DNA of 34,984 nucleotides from a virus (IMGVR_UViG_3300015370_000008:1-34984); one strand, 5' to 3'. Counted from the first letter of the stretch, positions 7,471 through 17,824 are shown. A program made the numbers and translations. Notes: a model not told the origin generated them from the letters alone.

Positions 7471-8927
7471 TACGATATCAATTGATCACATGCTGATTCG
7501 ATTACTGTTGTATTATGGGTTGTGTCAGCGTTAATAATTTCCACAATCACGTCTTTATTGTCAGACTGCCGTACAGCACAAAAATTTAGCACATCTCCAC
7601 TTGTATCCGTTGATGACGCTTTAAAAGTGTTTGGTTTAACTTTATAGTCGATAGTCCTCGGTATCGTTGCAAATACCGGAACCAATTCCGTACTGGATTG
7701 GTTAAATACATTTTCTCGGCTAATTACTCGTGGAGAAAGTACTTCGCTGTTTTCAGAATACATGTAAAGATAATTCTCTGTTGCAGCGATCTGTAAACCA
7801 GGGGCATGGTGTTCTGAGTATGACAAGTCTATTCTTGATAAATCTGTTGATGCATCGCCAATACTGTAAAGCTCATCATCGCAAATCAAAATTTGCTTGT
7901 TACCAGTTGTCAAATTTTTGCAACTAGACAACGGTTTTTGAGTAGATTTTTTGTAGTAAACCCCATTTTCACCATCCAAATATCGATAATATGCTATTTG
8001 CTGAGAGTAGCGAGGTGTTACACTGCCGCCAGTCGTTGAGTATCTAATAAAATCATCATCCATTCCGCCACGCTGGACAATAAATCCATTGCCGCTTGTC
8101 ATGAAAAAATGATTATCTGTTGCGTTTGCGTTCCAGTTGATTCCGCGATCAGTATCCGGGTAGTTTAGATCTAGATCGTTCGTGCTGTCGCTTGTTACGT
8201 AATTAACGACTGTTCCTGTGTCTATGATCATTTCACCATTTTCATGGATAGCGAATTGTTCGACTCCTGATGCAATGTCCGCTGTTACATCTCCTGTGGT
8301 TGTACTTAGCGCCCGGCTTGCCGTTGCGTCCGGAAGCGTTAACGTTCTCAATTTGTTGTCCGGGGTGCGGAAATAGATTTTACCTCCAACTTCAACAAAA
8401 TAATCAGCATTGCCCAAATTTGAGGATTTTACCGGAACAATGGGCAGCTCAACGGCTGAGTTGTCCGGTCGAACGAACGCTGTTGTTGTATCTCCCGATG
8501 CGTCCCGGAGTTGTACTGTTTTGATGACCGAATCTCGAACTCTATACGCTGCGGTGACTGTTTTACCCGCGCCGCCTCCTATATTAATGGGTTTCATTAC
8601 ACCGTCTTTTTTAACGTAAAACCCATGTGTGGACTCTGTAGTCGTTGACAGTGATTTATTGAGGGCAGCAGAGCTAGAGTTGTTGATAATAACAGCAAAG
8701 TCGACTCCGGCCAGATCTATAGATGTGACCTCCGCTGATTCCATTGTTCCCGTGTCGTCTGTGCCTCCGGTGTCATCTCCATCACCTGGCGTTGTTCCAT
8801 CTCCGGTTGTCGTGCCGGTGTCTGAGTCGTCGTTGTCGCTAGTTGATTGACATCCTGCAAATGCAAATAGCAGGGCAATCAATATTATGATTAGATGCAG
8901 TTTTTTCATGATTCTTCTTTTGATCAA
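7467..8927 (-). CDS. Large lipoprotein (start probably 8909)
   Basis: Signal MKKLHLIIILIALLFAFAGC with lipobox, D/T/G-rich linker, beta-rich body. Confidence 0.8.
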   Translation of the reverse strand: MIKRRIMKKLHLIIILIALLFAFAGCQSTSDNDDSDTGTTTGDGTTPGDGDDTGGTDDTGTMESAEVTSIDLAGVDFAVIINNSSSAALNKSLSTTTESTHGFYVKKDGVMKPINIGGGAGKTVTAAYRVRDSVIKTVQLRDASGDTTTAFVRPDNSAVELPIVPVKSSNLGNADYFVEVGGKIYFRTPDNKLRTLTLPDATASRALSTTTGDVTADIASGVEQFAIHENGEMIIDTGTVVNYVTSDSTNDLDLNYPDTDRGINWNANATDNHFFMTSGNGFIVQRGGMDDDFIRYSTTGGSVTPRYSQQIAYYRYLDGENGVYYKKSTQKPLSSCKNLTTGNKQILICDDELYSIGDASTDLSRIDLSYSEHHAPGLQIAATENYLYMYSENSEVLSPRVISRENVFNQSSTELVPVFATIPRTIDYKVKPNTFKASSTDTSGDVLNFCAVRQSDNKDVIVEIINADTTHNTTVIESACDQLISY

Positions 8928-8958
8928 TGTTGAAAAAAACTGTAAAACTTACAGTGTA

Positions 8959-9426
8959 TTATGCTTTGGCGTTTTGGATTTCGTCAATGATTTCCTGTTT
9001 TTTCGCAAGTCGGGCTTTCTGAAATGCGTCAAATTCTGGCTGATCGATCTCTTCCAGATTAAGCCGGGCAAGCATAAACGGGAGTTCATATTTCGGAAAA
9101 TCGTTCTGATTTAGATATTCTTCTATTAACTTCTTTTTGATACCTTTATCGCCTTGCGCCGATATGAGTCTTTTTGTTCTTGCGGCTACTTCTTCTTTTT
9201 TGGCCTCAGCTGCTTTCTCGGCTTCTATCTGCTCTTTTGTTTTAGCGATGTATTCCCATGGCTCACCCTCGGCTATTTTATGCGCCCAGGATTGAGCGGT
9301 AAACTGGAAATTCTCGTCAGGGCCGTTATGTCTTCGATATAGCTCCTGTTCGGCTTTGCCGATTTCTGCCTGGATTTTTGGTTTAGAATCAAATCCGGGG
9401 TAGGTGTCTTTTTGTATTGTTATCAT
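8959..9426 (-). CDS. Probable tail fibre assembly/accessory protein
   Basis: Coupled (ATGA overlap) directly downstream of the fibre gene; call rests on position only. Confidence 0.45.
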   Translation of the reverse strand: MITIQKDTYPGFDSKPKIQAEIGKAEQELYRRHNGPDENFQFTAQSWAHKIAEGEPWEYIAKTKEQIEAEKAAEAKKEEVAARTKRLISAQGDKGIKKKLIEEYLNQNDFPKYELPFMLARLNLEEIDQPEFDAFQKARLAKKQEIIDEIQNAKA

Positions 9427-11198
9427 AGTTTTAAGCAGTTAAAACGTTGGATTGATGTTGGACGGGTTTGAGACGCTTCTCGGGGGGTGCCGTACCCATT
9501 AATTGCGTCTTCAATTGCGTTGGCAGCGATATACTCATTATATGTGCTAACGCCGTCTGCAATCATATCAATTCTGATAGCATCTGGAGTTCCGTTGTTT
9601 GCTACTATTAGCTTCCCGGTGCCATCATTGATGGTTATTTGTTTCCAGTGTCCTTGGTATGCATCCATCTGCTTCGACACCCCCGAATTACCCCCCATAT
9701 CAATAGTCAGATCACCCGATACAGCCACATTAACAGGAGCGCCGGTTTCGGAGTCGAACATGAATACACTGTTGTTGTCTGCTGAGTTGCGGACGATTTT
9801 GCCGATGATTGTTGTTTTGGGAGGATCATCAGCGTAGTAGGGTATATCGTTATTGCTGTTCATGATCCTCGACCACAACTTAAACTTAGCTTTCAGATAC
9901 GCGTCCGTAATATTTGACAGTTCATTAGTCCCTGTAGAAACATAATTCCCCGCTGTTAGCGTCGCTGAGCCGGTCGGACTTTCACGGGTGTGTCTATCGG
10001 GGTCAACACCTTCAGGCCCTCCAAAATGCGACGCATAACGTTTAAAATAACCCCCTTCAGGCGCAACAAAAAATTTATAATAGAGAGAGCTGGTAGATGG
10101 ATTGTAAACAGGCGCGGTGCCCACATCCACCAAGCCGCCGTAGGCTTTCCATGCGTCAATCATCAGCGTCCATTCGTCGTTCACGCCAGATTCAGCAATT
10201 CCGTGATAAGAAAAGCCTGTAAAGTTCGGGATAATATATGGGTGTATAATACGGTTTGGAAAATCGAACTCAGTTGGTCTGCCACCTGAATAGATTTCTT
10301 CCCCGTTAAGAATAATCCGGTTGCCCTCCCCTCTGTTTTTGACATATTGCTGATTATTTAGCTCAGCGTCAGTCGGTATCATACCGGCTTGAAGGGCGAT
10401 GAGTTGAGTGATTGTTTTATCCGTTATAAATTCGCAGATTCCCCCGGCACCACGGACAAAAATATCAAACGGCACACCCCCGCCCTTGTTACCAAGCGGG
10501 ATTTGGAAATGCCTGTCTGTTGTAATTTTTGGGCGGTTATATGTCTCCGGGAATTCAAGAGCGGCGGTCATGGTTTCAATTCCTGCAATCATCGTCCAAT
10601 CGCCTGTTTCTAGCGTGCGGGTTGCGCCGGACTTACGTTTGAATGTTTTGGTAGTAAAATCGTAGTAGGCAAATTTAGGACTGTCAGCGTAATAGTTGAC
10701 TTGTGCTTGTGGTTTCACAACCATGTCCGGTTGTGCGGACTCTAGAAATTCGATCCTCGGTTCCTTTTTAACCGCAATAAACTTTGCAAAATCGGTTTTT
10801 GCGGGGATAGTGGATTGATATTGCCCGGTGTAGAGTATTGGAAAATGATCATCATCAAAAATCAACTCATCATAAGCGGGCAGGTTTAACGCTTCTATCA
10901 CCCCGGTGTCCTGGTTGGCGTACCAGATTTGAAATGTAGAACTGACAGCAACCGCTTTGTCCGGGAACGTTAAACGGTTAAATGTTTTGGTAGTCGGGTT
11001 GTAAAACTCTACGACAATATCAACCAGGCTTGCACCATTCCACGATCCGTCAATCAACCGTGAATGACCGTTTTGAATATACAATATCCAGTTCAATAAA
11101 TGTTGATTCCGATAATAAGCGTCCTGCCAGTCCTCGGACTCGTATTCCGGCATAACCAGCCCGAATTCACTGTCCTGCTTTTCTGTGAGTGTTGCCAT
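9423..11198 (-). CDS. Tail fibre / receptor-binding protein
   Basis: Follows the J- and I-like genes; C-terminal collar-like motifs GVSKQMDAYQGH and PREASQTRPTSI. Confidence 0.7.
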   Translation of the reverse strand: MATLTEKQDSEFGLVMPEYESEDWQDAYYRNQHLLNWILYIQNGHSRLIDGSWNGASLVDIVVEFYNPTTKTFNRLTFPDKAVAVSSTFQIWYANQDTGVIEALNLPAYDELIFDDDHFPILYTGQYQSTIPAKTDFAKFIAVKKEPRIEFLESAQPDMVVKPQAQVNYYADSPKFAYYDFTTKTFKRKSGATRTLETGDWTMIAGIETMTAALEFPETYNRPKITTDRHFQIPLGNKGGGVPFDIFVRGAGGICEFITDKTITQLIALQAGMIPTDAELNNQQYVKNRGEGNRIILNGEEIYSGGRPTEFDFPNRIIHPYIIPNFTGFSYHGIAESGVNDEWTLMIDAWKAYGGLVDVGTAPVYNPSTSSLYYKFFVAPEGGYFKRYASHFGGPEGVDPDRHTRESPTGSATLTAGNYVSTGTNELSNITDAYLKAKFKLWSRIMNSNNDIPYYADDPPKTTIIGKIVRNSADNNSVFMFDSETGAPVNVAVSGDLTIDMGGNSGVSKQMDAYQGHWKQITINDGTGKLIVANNGTPDAIRIDMIADGVSTYNEYIAANAIEDAINGYGTPREASQTRPTSIQRFNCLKL

Positions 11199-11854
11199 TA
11201 AAATCTAACTCCAAATGATTTGCCAAAGGCAATGGATAAAGAGACCGTTTCGTCGGCTGTGTATTCCGTGATAACTGTTGTGCCCGGTTCGTAACCTACC
11301 GGTTTGGTTGCTCCCGGTTCCCATGTGCCAGGCATCAGACCGAAAGTTTTTCCAAAAGGTTTTTTACCGAAGCCGCCGAATGTACGAGGCGGCAAAACCT
11401 GGGTGTGAAACTTAGTCCTTGCCGGTTTTACCACGTTTAAAAAATCAATAATTCTGTCAATTCTGCTATCATCCCAGGTTAATCTGATCCGCAATGCAAA
11501 CCAGGGGTATAGGTGAGCTACCGGGGTATCACGCAACGCCTGAACCTCCATGTAGTCCAGATCAAACATGCTTTGAGTCAGCATGATTCCGGGGCGGGTG
11601 CCGAGTTTATCCGTATATAGGTTATAATGTATGATAAAATTACGCCTGACAGCGTCTGCGATATCCGGTTTTAAGGGCAACTCGTCCCACAAAATATCAA
11701 CAGATGCTTCCGGGCAGGTGCCGACGTGGCAGAGATCAAAAATCTTATTGATTTGAACAATAGTAAATTGCCAGCAAGCCAGAAAAATATTTTTAAAATC
11801 CCTGATGGTCTTATTTGACAGCCACCAGGGTAAACTAATTTGTAAAAGGCTCAT
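11198..11854 (-). CDS. Baseplate wedge / tail protein I-like
   Basis: LPWWL start, GTRPGI and LNVVKPART motifs; located after J. Confidence 0.65.
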   Translation of the reverse strand: MSLLQISLPWWLSNKTIRDFKNIFLACWQFTIVQINKIFDLCHVGTCPEASVDILWDELPLKPDIADAVRRNFIIHYNLYTDKLGTRPGIMLTQSMFDLDYMEVQALRDTPVAHLYPWFALRIRLTWDDSRIDRIIDFLNVVKPARTKFHTQVLPPRTFGGFGKKPFGKTFGLMPGTWEPGATKPVGYEPGTTVITEYTADETVSLSIAFGKSFGVRF

Positions 11855-12938
11855 AAGTCATGTTTGGAACAAAATATTTACCAATCTGTAAAACAGAAAA
11901 AACCGGGTCACTGCGCATGGCCCTGTCATCTAGGGTGGTGATGGTTTCCGAGAGATAGTCAAAAAGTAACGAACTCTCATAGTTAGTCCGTCGTGGTAAA
12001 ACAGATGCAAAATATTCACTGATAGCAGCACTTACAGCAATTTCCGAGTATTCAGCGTCAATCATTAATGCAATGTCAAGGGTTTGAGCCACGGCCGCAA
12101 GGACAACCGCTTTATCCCCAAAAATCAAAACCTCGTCAATTGCCGCTTGAGCTTCGGCGGTCACGGACCCGTCAAGCGGTCCCGCACCGTAAATAGTATA
12201 ATATTGGATGCCGTCTTCAGTGACATCGTCGAGTGTGGCCACGGTAACGGCGGCTACAGCAGTCAAAATGTTAATGTAAAACAACTCCATGCCCGGCCTG
12301 ATTTGTTGACCTTTCACCGATAGTATCCGGGCTCTGGTTTCCTCTTCCGTTTCCGGGTTGGCACCAGGCTGTTTGGGTGTGGTGGACAGATTGCTGATGG
12401 AGATCACCGGCAAAGACTCTTCACATTCAGTTATGAGTCCAGCCCCGACGTTATATCTCAACCCGACTTCGAACGCTTCGACGTCGATCAAAACCGTTTC
12501 CTCGTTATCCGTGAACTCGTATAAAACAAGCGTTTTAAACCTGCGCGGGTTGTTCTCAGATACATAAAAGACCGTTCCGGGGTCAATCGTCAGATCCGCG
12601 GGGTCCTTGGTGATCGTCAAGGTGTGAATGGCTTTGATGCCAAGGAATTCAGGGAGGACATGATCAATTCTGTCCTGATTCAGGAATTCACCCGTTTTGT
12701 ATGTCGTATAGATCTGGGGGATTAAAAGCCGGTAGAGGGCGAGGCAGAAACTATAGGGCGCACGCATGATAACAGTGTAGATCGTAAAAAATACAGAATT
12801 CCTTGTCTGTGCCGCTTTTTCCCAGATTGTCCCAGCTGCAGCGTTTTGCAAAACAGTGTCAAAGGCTGTTTCGTCTTGGATATCGAGTTGATTCAAAATC
12901 AAATCAACGGTCTCACTAGGCATTTGTGGTGCTGTCAT
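11835..12938 (-). CDS. Baseplate J-like protein
   Basis: VEAFEVGLRYNVGAGLI and PGANPETEEETRARI, typical Baseplate_J motifs. Confidence 0.85.
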   Translation of the reverse strand: MTAPQMPSETVDLILNQLDIQDETAFDTVLQNAAAGTIWEKAAQTRNSVFFTIYTVIMRAPYSFCLALYRLLIPQIYTTYKTGEFLNQDRIDHVLPEFLGIKAIHTLTITKDPADLTIDPGTVFYVSENNPRRFKTLVLYEFTDNEETVLIDVEAFEVGLRYNVGAGLITECEESLPVISISNLSTTPKQPGANPETEEETRARILSVKGQQIRPGMELFYINILTAVAAVTVATLDDVTEDGIQYYTIYGAGPLDGSVTAEAQAAIDEVLIFGDKAVVLAAVAQTLDIALMIDAEYSEIAVSAAISEYFASVLPRRTNYESSLLFDYLSETITTLDDRAMRSDPVFSVLQIGKYFVPNMTYEPFTN

Positions 12939-13296
12939 CCTCTAGCCTCATTAATATATGTACTGGTATGGGATCAGTCGGCGGGTCGTGATCCTGACAG
13001 CTAAACAATAGTTTTTTAGCTGAAAAATCATACTTAATATCTATGGTGTTGAGCACAATGGTTCTATAGTGCAGGTTTTCGATTTCCTCCTGGAGATCTA
13101 TTAATAACCCCGGCACATTCCCGGCGTCGCAGTTGATCAATGATTGGGTATAGACGGAACTCCTGATTGATATTCTGTACGATTGATGCACAGCCCCGGC
13201 GTTTTCCACCGTCAACGGTTCGAGGCCGTAGTCATCCAGCGTAATGCCAAGGTTGATCGAGTCCCATTTTAGATCGATGATATCCATTGTAATCAA
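12916..13296 (-). CDS. Baseplate W/gp25-like (sheath initiator) protein
   Basis: Size and position before J; IDLKW...ITLDDYGLEP resembles the HP1-type equivalent. Confidence 0.5.
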   Translation of the reverse strand: MITMDIIDLKWDSINLGITLDDYGLEPLTVENAGAVHQSYRISIRSSVYTQSLINCDAGNVPGLLIDLQEEIENLHYRTIVLNTIDIKYDFSAKKLLFSCQDHDPPTDPIPVHILMRLEDDSTTNA

Positions 13297-13475
13297 TCAA
13301 GTTTAAGTTGCGGATGACTCCCGCCGTAGCTACAAGAACCAGTGGAAGAGGTGGTCCCTTTCTCTTTGATCTCCTCGAATATTGCCTCTAACATTTTAAT
13401 TGCAGACGTGGGCACATTGGTTATTCCGGATTTTTCCTTATAGCGTGCTAACGCTCCTTCTGCTGTCATGGTCAT
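13293..13475 (-). CDS. Small baseplate/spike-tip candidate
   Basis: 60 aa, coupled to the spike gene; ends GSCSYGGSHP (Cys/His). Confidence 0.45.
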   Translation of the reverse strand: MTMTAEGALARYKEKSGITNVPTSAIKMLEAIFEEIKEKGTTSSTGSCSYGGSHPQLKLD

Positions 13476-14092
13476 AGTTTTACCTCCTTACCCAGTTTTA
13501 CGTCGGAAAAAAAATCGTCTAGTCCCGGTTTAACAACAGTATTCCAGGCGGTTTGAGCGCTTCCCAGGTTAGTAAGCGGAGCCCCCAGGTTGCCGGAACT
13601 GGCAGCTTGGACAACCAGGTCCCAGATATCGATCAGGGACTCTTTCAATTTGAGGGCTAAAACCGCGAAATCCTCCCCCGAGCCGATTGTCATTTTACTG
13701 AGCGCGTTGAGTTCGACCTCATCGGCTCCGGTCAACCGGAAAACCCCCTCTTTGGGTTCAACCTGGTGTTTTTCATATAACACCCCCATTAAAATGGCTG
13801 TGTTGGCCTGCCAGAACGGAAACGATAGAACACAGGTATCACCGACGCGGGGAATGTCCACAATGTGCCTGGCAACCCGCAAAATCTCAACATTAGGTTT
13901 AGCTTTTTTGGTCCGGTCTATTGTCAGATCTGAATCCAATATATGGATGTCCATGCAGCAAACCGGCATGGACCTGGTATGAGTCCCCGATTTCTCGTGA
14001 ATTTTGATCACCTTGGCGTATTGAACCGTATGATATCCACCCAGGCCGGGAAAACATCTGACCATCAATTTTCTGAAATCGGGGATTCTCAT
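13472..14092 (-). CDS. Baseplate spike gpV-like protein
   Basis: OB-fold-like IPRVGDTCVLSF...AILMGVLY. Confidence 0.65.
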   Translation of the reverse strand: MRIPDFRKLMVRCFPGLGGYHTVQYAKVIKIHEKSGTHTRSMPVCCMDIHILDSDLTIDRTKKAKPNVEILRVARHIVDIPRVGDTCVLSFPFWQANTAILMGVLYEKHQVEPKEGVFRLTGADEVELNALSKMTIGSGEDFAVLALKLKESLIDIWDLVVQAASSGNLGAPLTNLGSAQTAWNTVVKPGLDDFFSDVKLGKEVKL

Positions 14093-14105
14093 AATTTAAA
14101 AATTG

Positions 14106-14819
14106 TCAAATACTCGTTTCCAGCCCTAAAAACATTGATTCATCCTCTGAATCAAATTCAACGGAATCAACAATCTGCACTTTGCCCCGCCAGGTAATAG
14201 GGACAAAGGGGGACATTTCCGGGAAAATCTTAAATTCAAGCCCTTTCTCGGGGTTTTCCTCAAGAAAATATTCGGTACCCAATTCAACCGGATCAACGGG
14301 GAGTTTTCCCGGTAATATATAAAGTTTGTTATTCAGCAGGTCGAAATGGTACCGCCAGTCAGTCACTTTGTAGATGATCATGATTTGATCCAGGGCATTG
14401 CGAACGGTGCCCAGAAAAATCAAATTTTGGCGTTTGTAAACCTCTTTATCCGTCCTGATATCCAGGGTTAACCCATATTTAGACGTGATTTTGGTTAATG
14501 CCTCCTTAAATGACAACCGGGTGCCGTGGTCGTTAAATCCATCGTTAAGAATGTAATAACAGGGATCAATCCCCAAGCATTCGAACAGGTGGGGCGTGAT
14601 CTGGTTGCATTCCAAAATTCTTAGGCTGCATTTTTCCTTGAGCTCATTCTCAAACCCCAGGGAAAGGAACGCTGTTTCAGCTATATCAATGGGCTCATCA
14701 ATCGAAAATTCCGCAATTGTCGGGCGTTGCCGTTCCATCATGATATTGTACGATTTCAAGAGGTATGCACATTTACTATTGTCGATTCTGGCTGTGATTG
14801 CCGGGTGTTTTAGTCCCAT
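14106..14819 (-). CDS. Baseplate hub gpD-like protein
   Basis: Position before the spike; SFKEALTKITSKYGL...GTVRNALDQI pattern. Confidence 0.5.
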   Translation of the reverse strand: MGLKHPAITARIDNSKCAYLLKSYNIMMERQRPTIAEFSIDEPIDIAETAFLSLGFENELKEKCSLRILECNQITPHLFECLGIDPCYYILNDGFNDHGTRLSFKEALTKITSKYGLTLDIRTDKEVYKRQNLIFLGTVRNALDQIMIIYKVTDWRYHFDLLNNKLYILPGKLPVDPVELGTEYFLEENPEKGLEFKIFPEMSPFVPITWRGKVQIVDSVEFDSEDESMFLGLETSI

Positions 14820-15358
14820 AATGATTTTAGCATGTTATCAATAGTTTTCAGGATGGTGTTGATTTTCGATGCTTCAACCTCCGCCTGGTTGTCCTTCAAA
14901 TTCGTTGCCGTTGGTGTTTGTTCGCTGTCAGTCCCGTCTGACAGTATAGGCGGATTTTGCATGGTTTCTTTTTCCTGGGATGTTTTATATTGTTTGATTT
15001 TCATGCTGACAATAATGAGATCCTCTTGCACTTCAATGGTTCTCTCAACGATTTTACCGTACATAAAACTGATCTGTTTCAGGTATCGGTGTTCTATCCT
15101 GTGGATGGCTTTGGATCGGTACAGCTGGTCAAAAGCCCTAAGTTTTGTGGCTTTGGTGATATCAGGGTGCCAGTTGTGCCAATCCGACGCCTGTTTGCTG
15201 TCATACAACCAGGCAACCACGTTGACCCCGTCACAAACGTCCTCTGTCGTATCCTTTTCCAGGTGCGAGGATTCCGTGAGCGAGACGAGTTTAACAAACT
15301 CGATATCCCCGATTTTGAAAAACGGGGGATCATTATCAAAAATTCCAATGCTAACCAC
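14810..15358 (-). CDS. Tail tube initiator (gpU-like) candidate
   Basis: Directly after the tape measure gene; call rests mostly on position. Confidence 0.4.
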   Translation of the reverse strand: MVSIGIFDNDPPFFKIGDIEFVKLVSLTESSHLEKDTTEDVCDGVNVVAWLYDSKQASDWHNWHPDITKATKLRAFDQLYRSKAIHRIEHRYLKQISFMYGKIVERTIEVQEDLIIVSMKIKQYKTSQEKETMQNPPILSDGTDSEQTPTATNLKDNQAEVEASKINTILKTIDNMLKSLWD

Positions 15359-15395
15359 ATTAATATATAAAAAAAAATTAAATATAAAAAACAGG

Positions 15396-17348
15396 TTAAT
15401 TCGTCAGTGCTGCATTGCGCAGAGTACGTTTAAACGAGCGTTCACGGGTGTTTAAACTGCCTATTTGATACGTTGTCTGCATACTGTACGGGGCAGTTTG
15501 CCCCTGGGCCTGTGGTTGCTGCCATCTGTATATATATTCATCGGCCGCTTTGGTCATGGCGGACGCGCTTGATTTTTTCCGGGGCGGCTCATTCTCGTCA
15601 GAACTGAACGGGTTAAGGTCCGAAAGGGAAAAATCTTTAAAAAACCCGAATTTGTCGATGATTGAGGATATTGTTTCAAGCGTGGTCTCAATGGGTGTAT
15701 AGATAAAATCGACAAAAACGGAACCAAAATTTTTGATCGAATCAAAACTGAATCCGGAATCCCACATATCTTTGAATGAGGTTACAAGTTTAGGGATTTT
15801 ACCGATGAGCCCCAGAACCATTTTAAGCGGGTTAATGATCAAAAGATCGATCCCTGCGCCTATTACGCTTGAAATCGTTTCAATATCGATTGACACCCCC
15901 TCAAAAATGCTTGTTCCCTCGGTTAAACTATCCCACAGGGATGACCATTCGCCGATTAGATCAAAAACAGTCTCTTTTAATCCGGTGATCGAGGGCTCAA
16001 GATAGTCCATCACCCCGCCTATGGTTTTTGAAACAAGCCCGGTTTTCTCTTCCAGTTTGTAAAGCCCGTATGCAACCCCGGCCACGGCACCGGCCACCAG
16101 AATCAACGGGCTGGTAAACGCTGTAACAGCCAGGGAAGCCGCCCCCATGATAAGCTTTATACTTCCCATGGCGGCAGTCAGACTGATAAACCCGGCAACA
16201 CCGGTTGCAATGGTTTTGGTGATATAGCCGTATTCCTGGGAGAACTCCCGCACGCTGGTTGATGCCTCCCCGAACCATTCCACCAGGGGCAGAATCAGCG
16301 GTTTGAGGCTGTCCAGCGTTTCAGAAATTGAGTTTGCCGTTTCCGAAAGGGCGCTTTTCCACTTAAAAGAGAACCGGCTTTTCATAAGGGCGGCCATGTT
16401 GTCCAGCGTTCCGGTGGTTTTAACCTCGTTGGACATTGAATCGAGCATGGCCAGAACGGATTCAGATCCGGCGTCCTCCCATTGGGTCCCGAAAATACCG
16501 GAACCGGCTTTTAACATGTCCGATTTGGAGAGCCCCTGCATTTTGCTTGAGATCAACCCAAATGCTTCGGTTATCCCGATCTCGTCGTTTTGTATCCGTT
16601 CCGAGAGACCGGACAAGCCTAAAATGTCAAATGCGTCAACCGTGGATTTATCCCCGGCAAACAGGCGTAACCGGGCCTCTTTGATAGCATCGGCGGATTT
16701 ATCGATATTCCAGGAGTTATCCAGCCCGGCCGAAATCATGGAAACGGTTTGTTGCAGGTTAAACCCCGCCTCTTTGAACTGTACGGCATATTCATTCAGG
16801 CTTTCCAGGAGCTCCCCTTTTCTGTCTCCCCCCTGGTCTAACAGGTAGGCGACCGAATCGCCGGATTCCCGGACGGAAACGCCGTATGTTTTCATCAGAG
16901 ATACCTGGGCGGATAAGACCCCCTCTTCATCATCAAACTTCTGTGCCAGTAAGCCGGTTTGAAACGCGAGGGTGTTCAGATCCTCCCCGGTGGTTTTAGA
17001 TTGGCGGGATACCGTTTTTAAGAGTTCAGCGGATTTGGTGACGCTCCTTAACCCCAGGGCGGCGTTAAGCTCATAGACATCGTCTTTAAGCGTTTTGAAT
17101 TCCTGGTCGGTGGAACGGGTGGAATCTTTAAGCTCTTGGAGGGCGTCGTCCTGATCCGAAATGACTTCAAGCAGTGAAAAAGCGGCAAGACCGGCCCCGG
17201 CGACCATCATGCCGCCGTCTCTGATATCGTTCCAGCTGGATTCAATATCCTGTTTGAGCGTGTTAAACTCGCTCTTGATCGAGTTAACGGCAGCTTTGAC
17301 CGACTCATTCTTAAATAATCCGATTCCGATTTTAATTGAGTCAGGCAT
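15396..17348 (-). CDS. Tail tape measure protein
   Basis: 650 aa, helical; ELLESLNEYAVQFKEAG...WNIDKSADAIKE and IFGTQWED motifs; hydrophobic central region. Confidence 0.9.
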   Translation of the reverse strand: MPDSIKIGIGLFKNESVKAAVNSIKSEFNTLKQDIESSWNDIRDGGMMVAGAGLAAFSLLEVISDQDDALQELKDSTRSTDQEFKTLKDDVYELNAALGLRSVTKSAELLKTVSRQSKTTGEDLNTLAFQTGLLAQKFDDEEGVLSAQVSLMKTYGVSVRESGDSVAYLLDQGGDRKGELLESLNEYAVQFKEAGFNLQQTVSMISAGLDNSWNIDKSADAIKEARLRLFAGDKSTVDAFDILGLSGLSERIQNDEIGITEAFGLISSKMQGLSKSDMLKAGSGIFGTQWEDAGSESVLAMLDSMSNEVKTTGTLDNMAALMKSRFSFKWKSALSETANSISETLDSLKPLILPLVEWFGEASTSVREFSQEYGYITKTIATGVAGFISLTAAMGSIKLIMGAASLAVTAFTSPLILVAGAVAGVAYGLYKLEEKTGLVSKTIGGVMDYLEPSITGLKETVFDLIGEWSSLWDSLTEGTSIFEGVSIDIETISSVIGAGIDLLIINPLKMVLGLIGKIPKLVTSFKDMWDSGFSFDSIKNFGSVFVDFIYTPIETTLETISSIIDKFGFFKDFSLSDLNPFSSDENEPPRKKSSASAMTKAADEYIYRWQQPQAQGQTAPYSMQTTYQIGSLNTRERSFKRTLRNAALTN

Positions 17349-17351
17349 AAT

Positions 17352-17555
17352 TTACCATTTGGGGATCATTGCCGCCCTGTCCTCGGCTTGAAACCGCAAA
17401 GCCTGGGAAAGAGCAAGTTCATACTCGTTATCATTAAGAGCATCCGGATTACTTGCCAGGTTATACCGTTTGATAAGCCCGTCGGAATACTCTTTTTCAG
17501 TCAACTCTCTATCGTTAGCTCTCCGATAGATGCGCCGTTTTTCCTCAAGAAAGGG
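17352..17555 (-). CDS. Tail chaperone frameshift extension (E'/T-like)
   Basis: The -1 frame is open from slippery C CCT TTC (17555-17549) to TAA 17352: PFLEEKRRIYRRANDRELTEKEY...IPKW*. Confidence 0.55.
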   Translation of the reverse strand, partial: PFLEEKRRIYRRANDRELTEKEYSDGLIKRYNLASNPDALNDNEYELALSQALRFQAEDRAAMIPKW

Positions 17556-17824
17556 GTTAGTAATTTCATCACCTCCCTTTCTACGGATAGATTATCCGGT
17601 GAGTTAATGATTTGCAGATACTGTTCACGCTGGACGGGGTCAACTGCGTTCAATGTCCATTTGCGAGAGCAATCCAGTTCAGGCATTTTTGACATATCAT
17701 TATAAAAATCGGCAATGTCACTGCGGGTAAAACGAAACATAAATTCGATTGTCTCGCCACCGAACGATATCGGCAGTTTTGCGCAACGGGAATGATTGAG
17801 TATATTTTCAGTCGAGTTTGTCAT
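17501..17824 (-). CDS. Tail assembly chaperone (gpE/G-like)
   Basis: 107 aa between tube and tape measure; has an overlapping -1 frame extension. Confidence 0.65.
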   Translation of the reverse strand: MTNSTENILNHSRCAKLPISFGGETIEFMFRFTRSDIADFYNDMSKMPELDCSRKWTLNAVDPVQREQYLQIINSPDNLSVEREVMKLLTPFLRKNGASIGELTIES

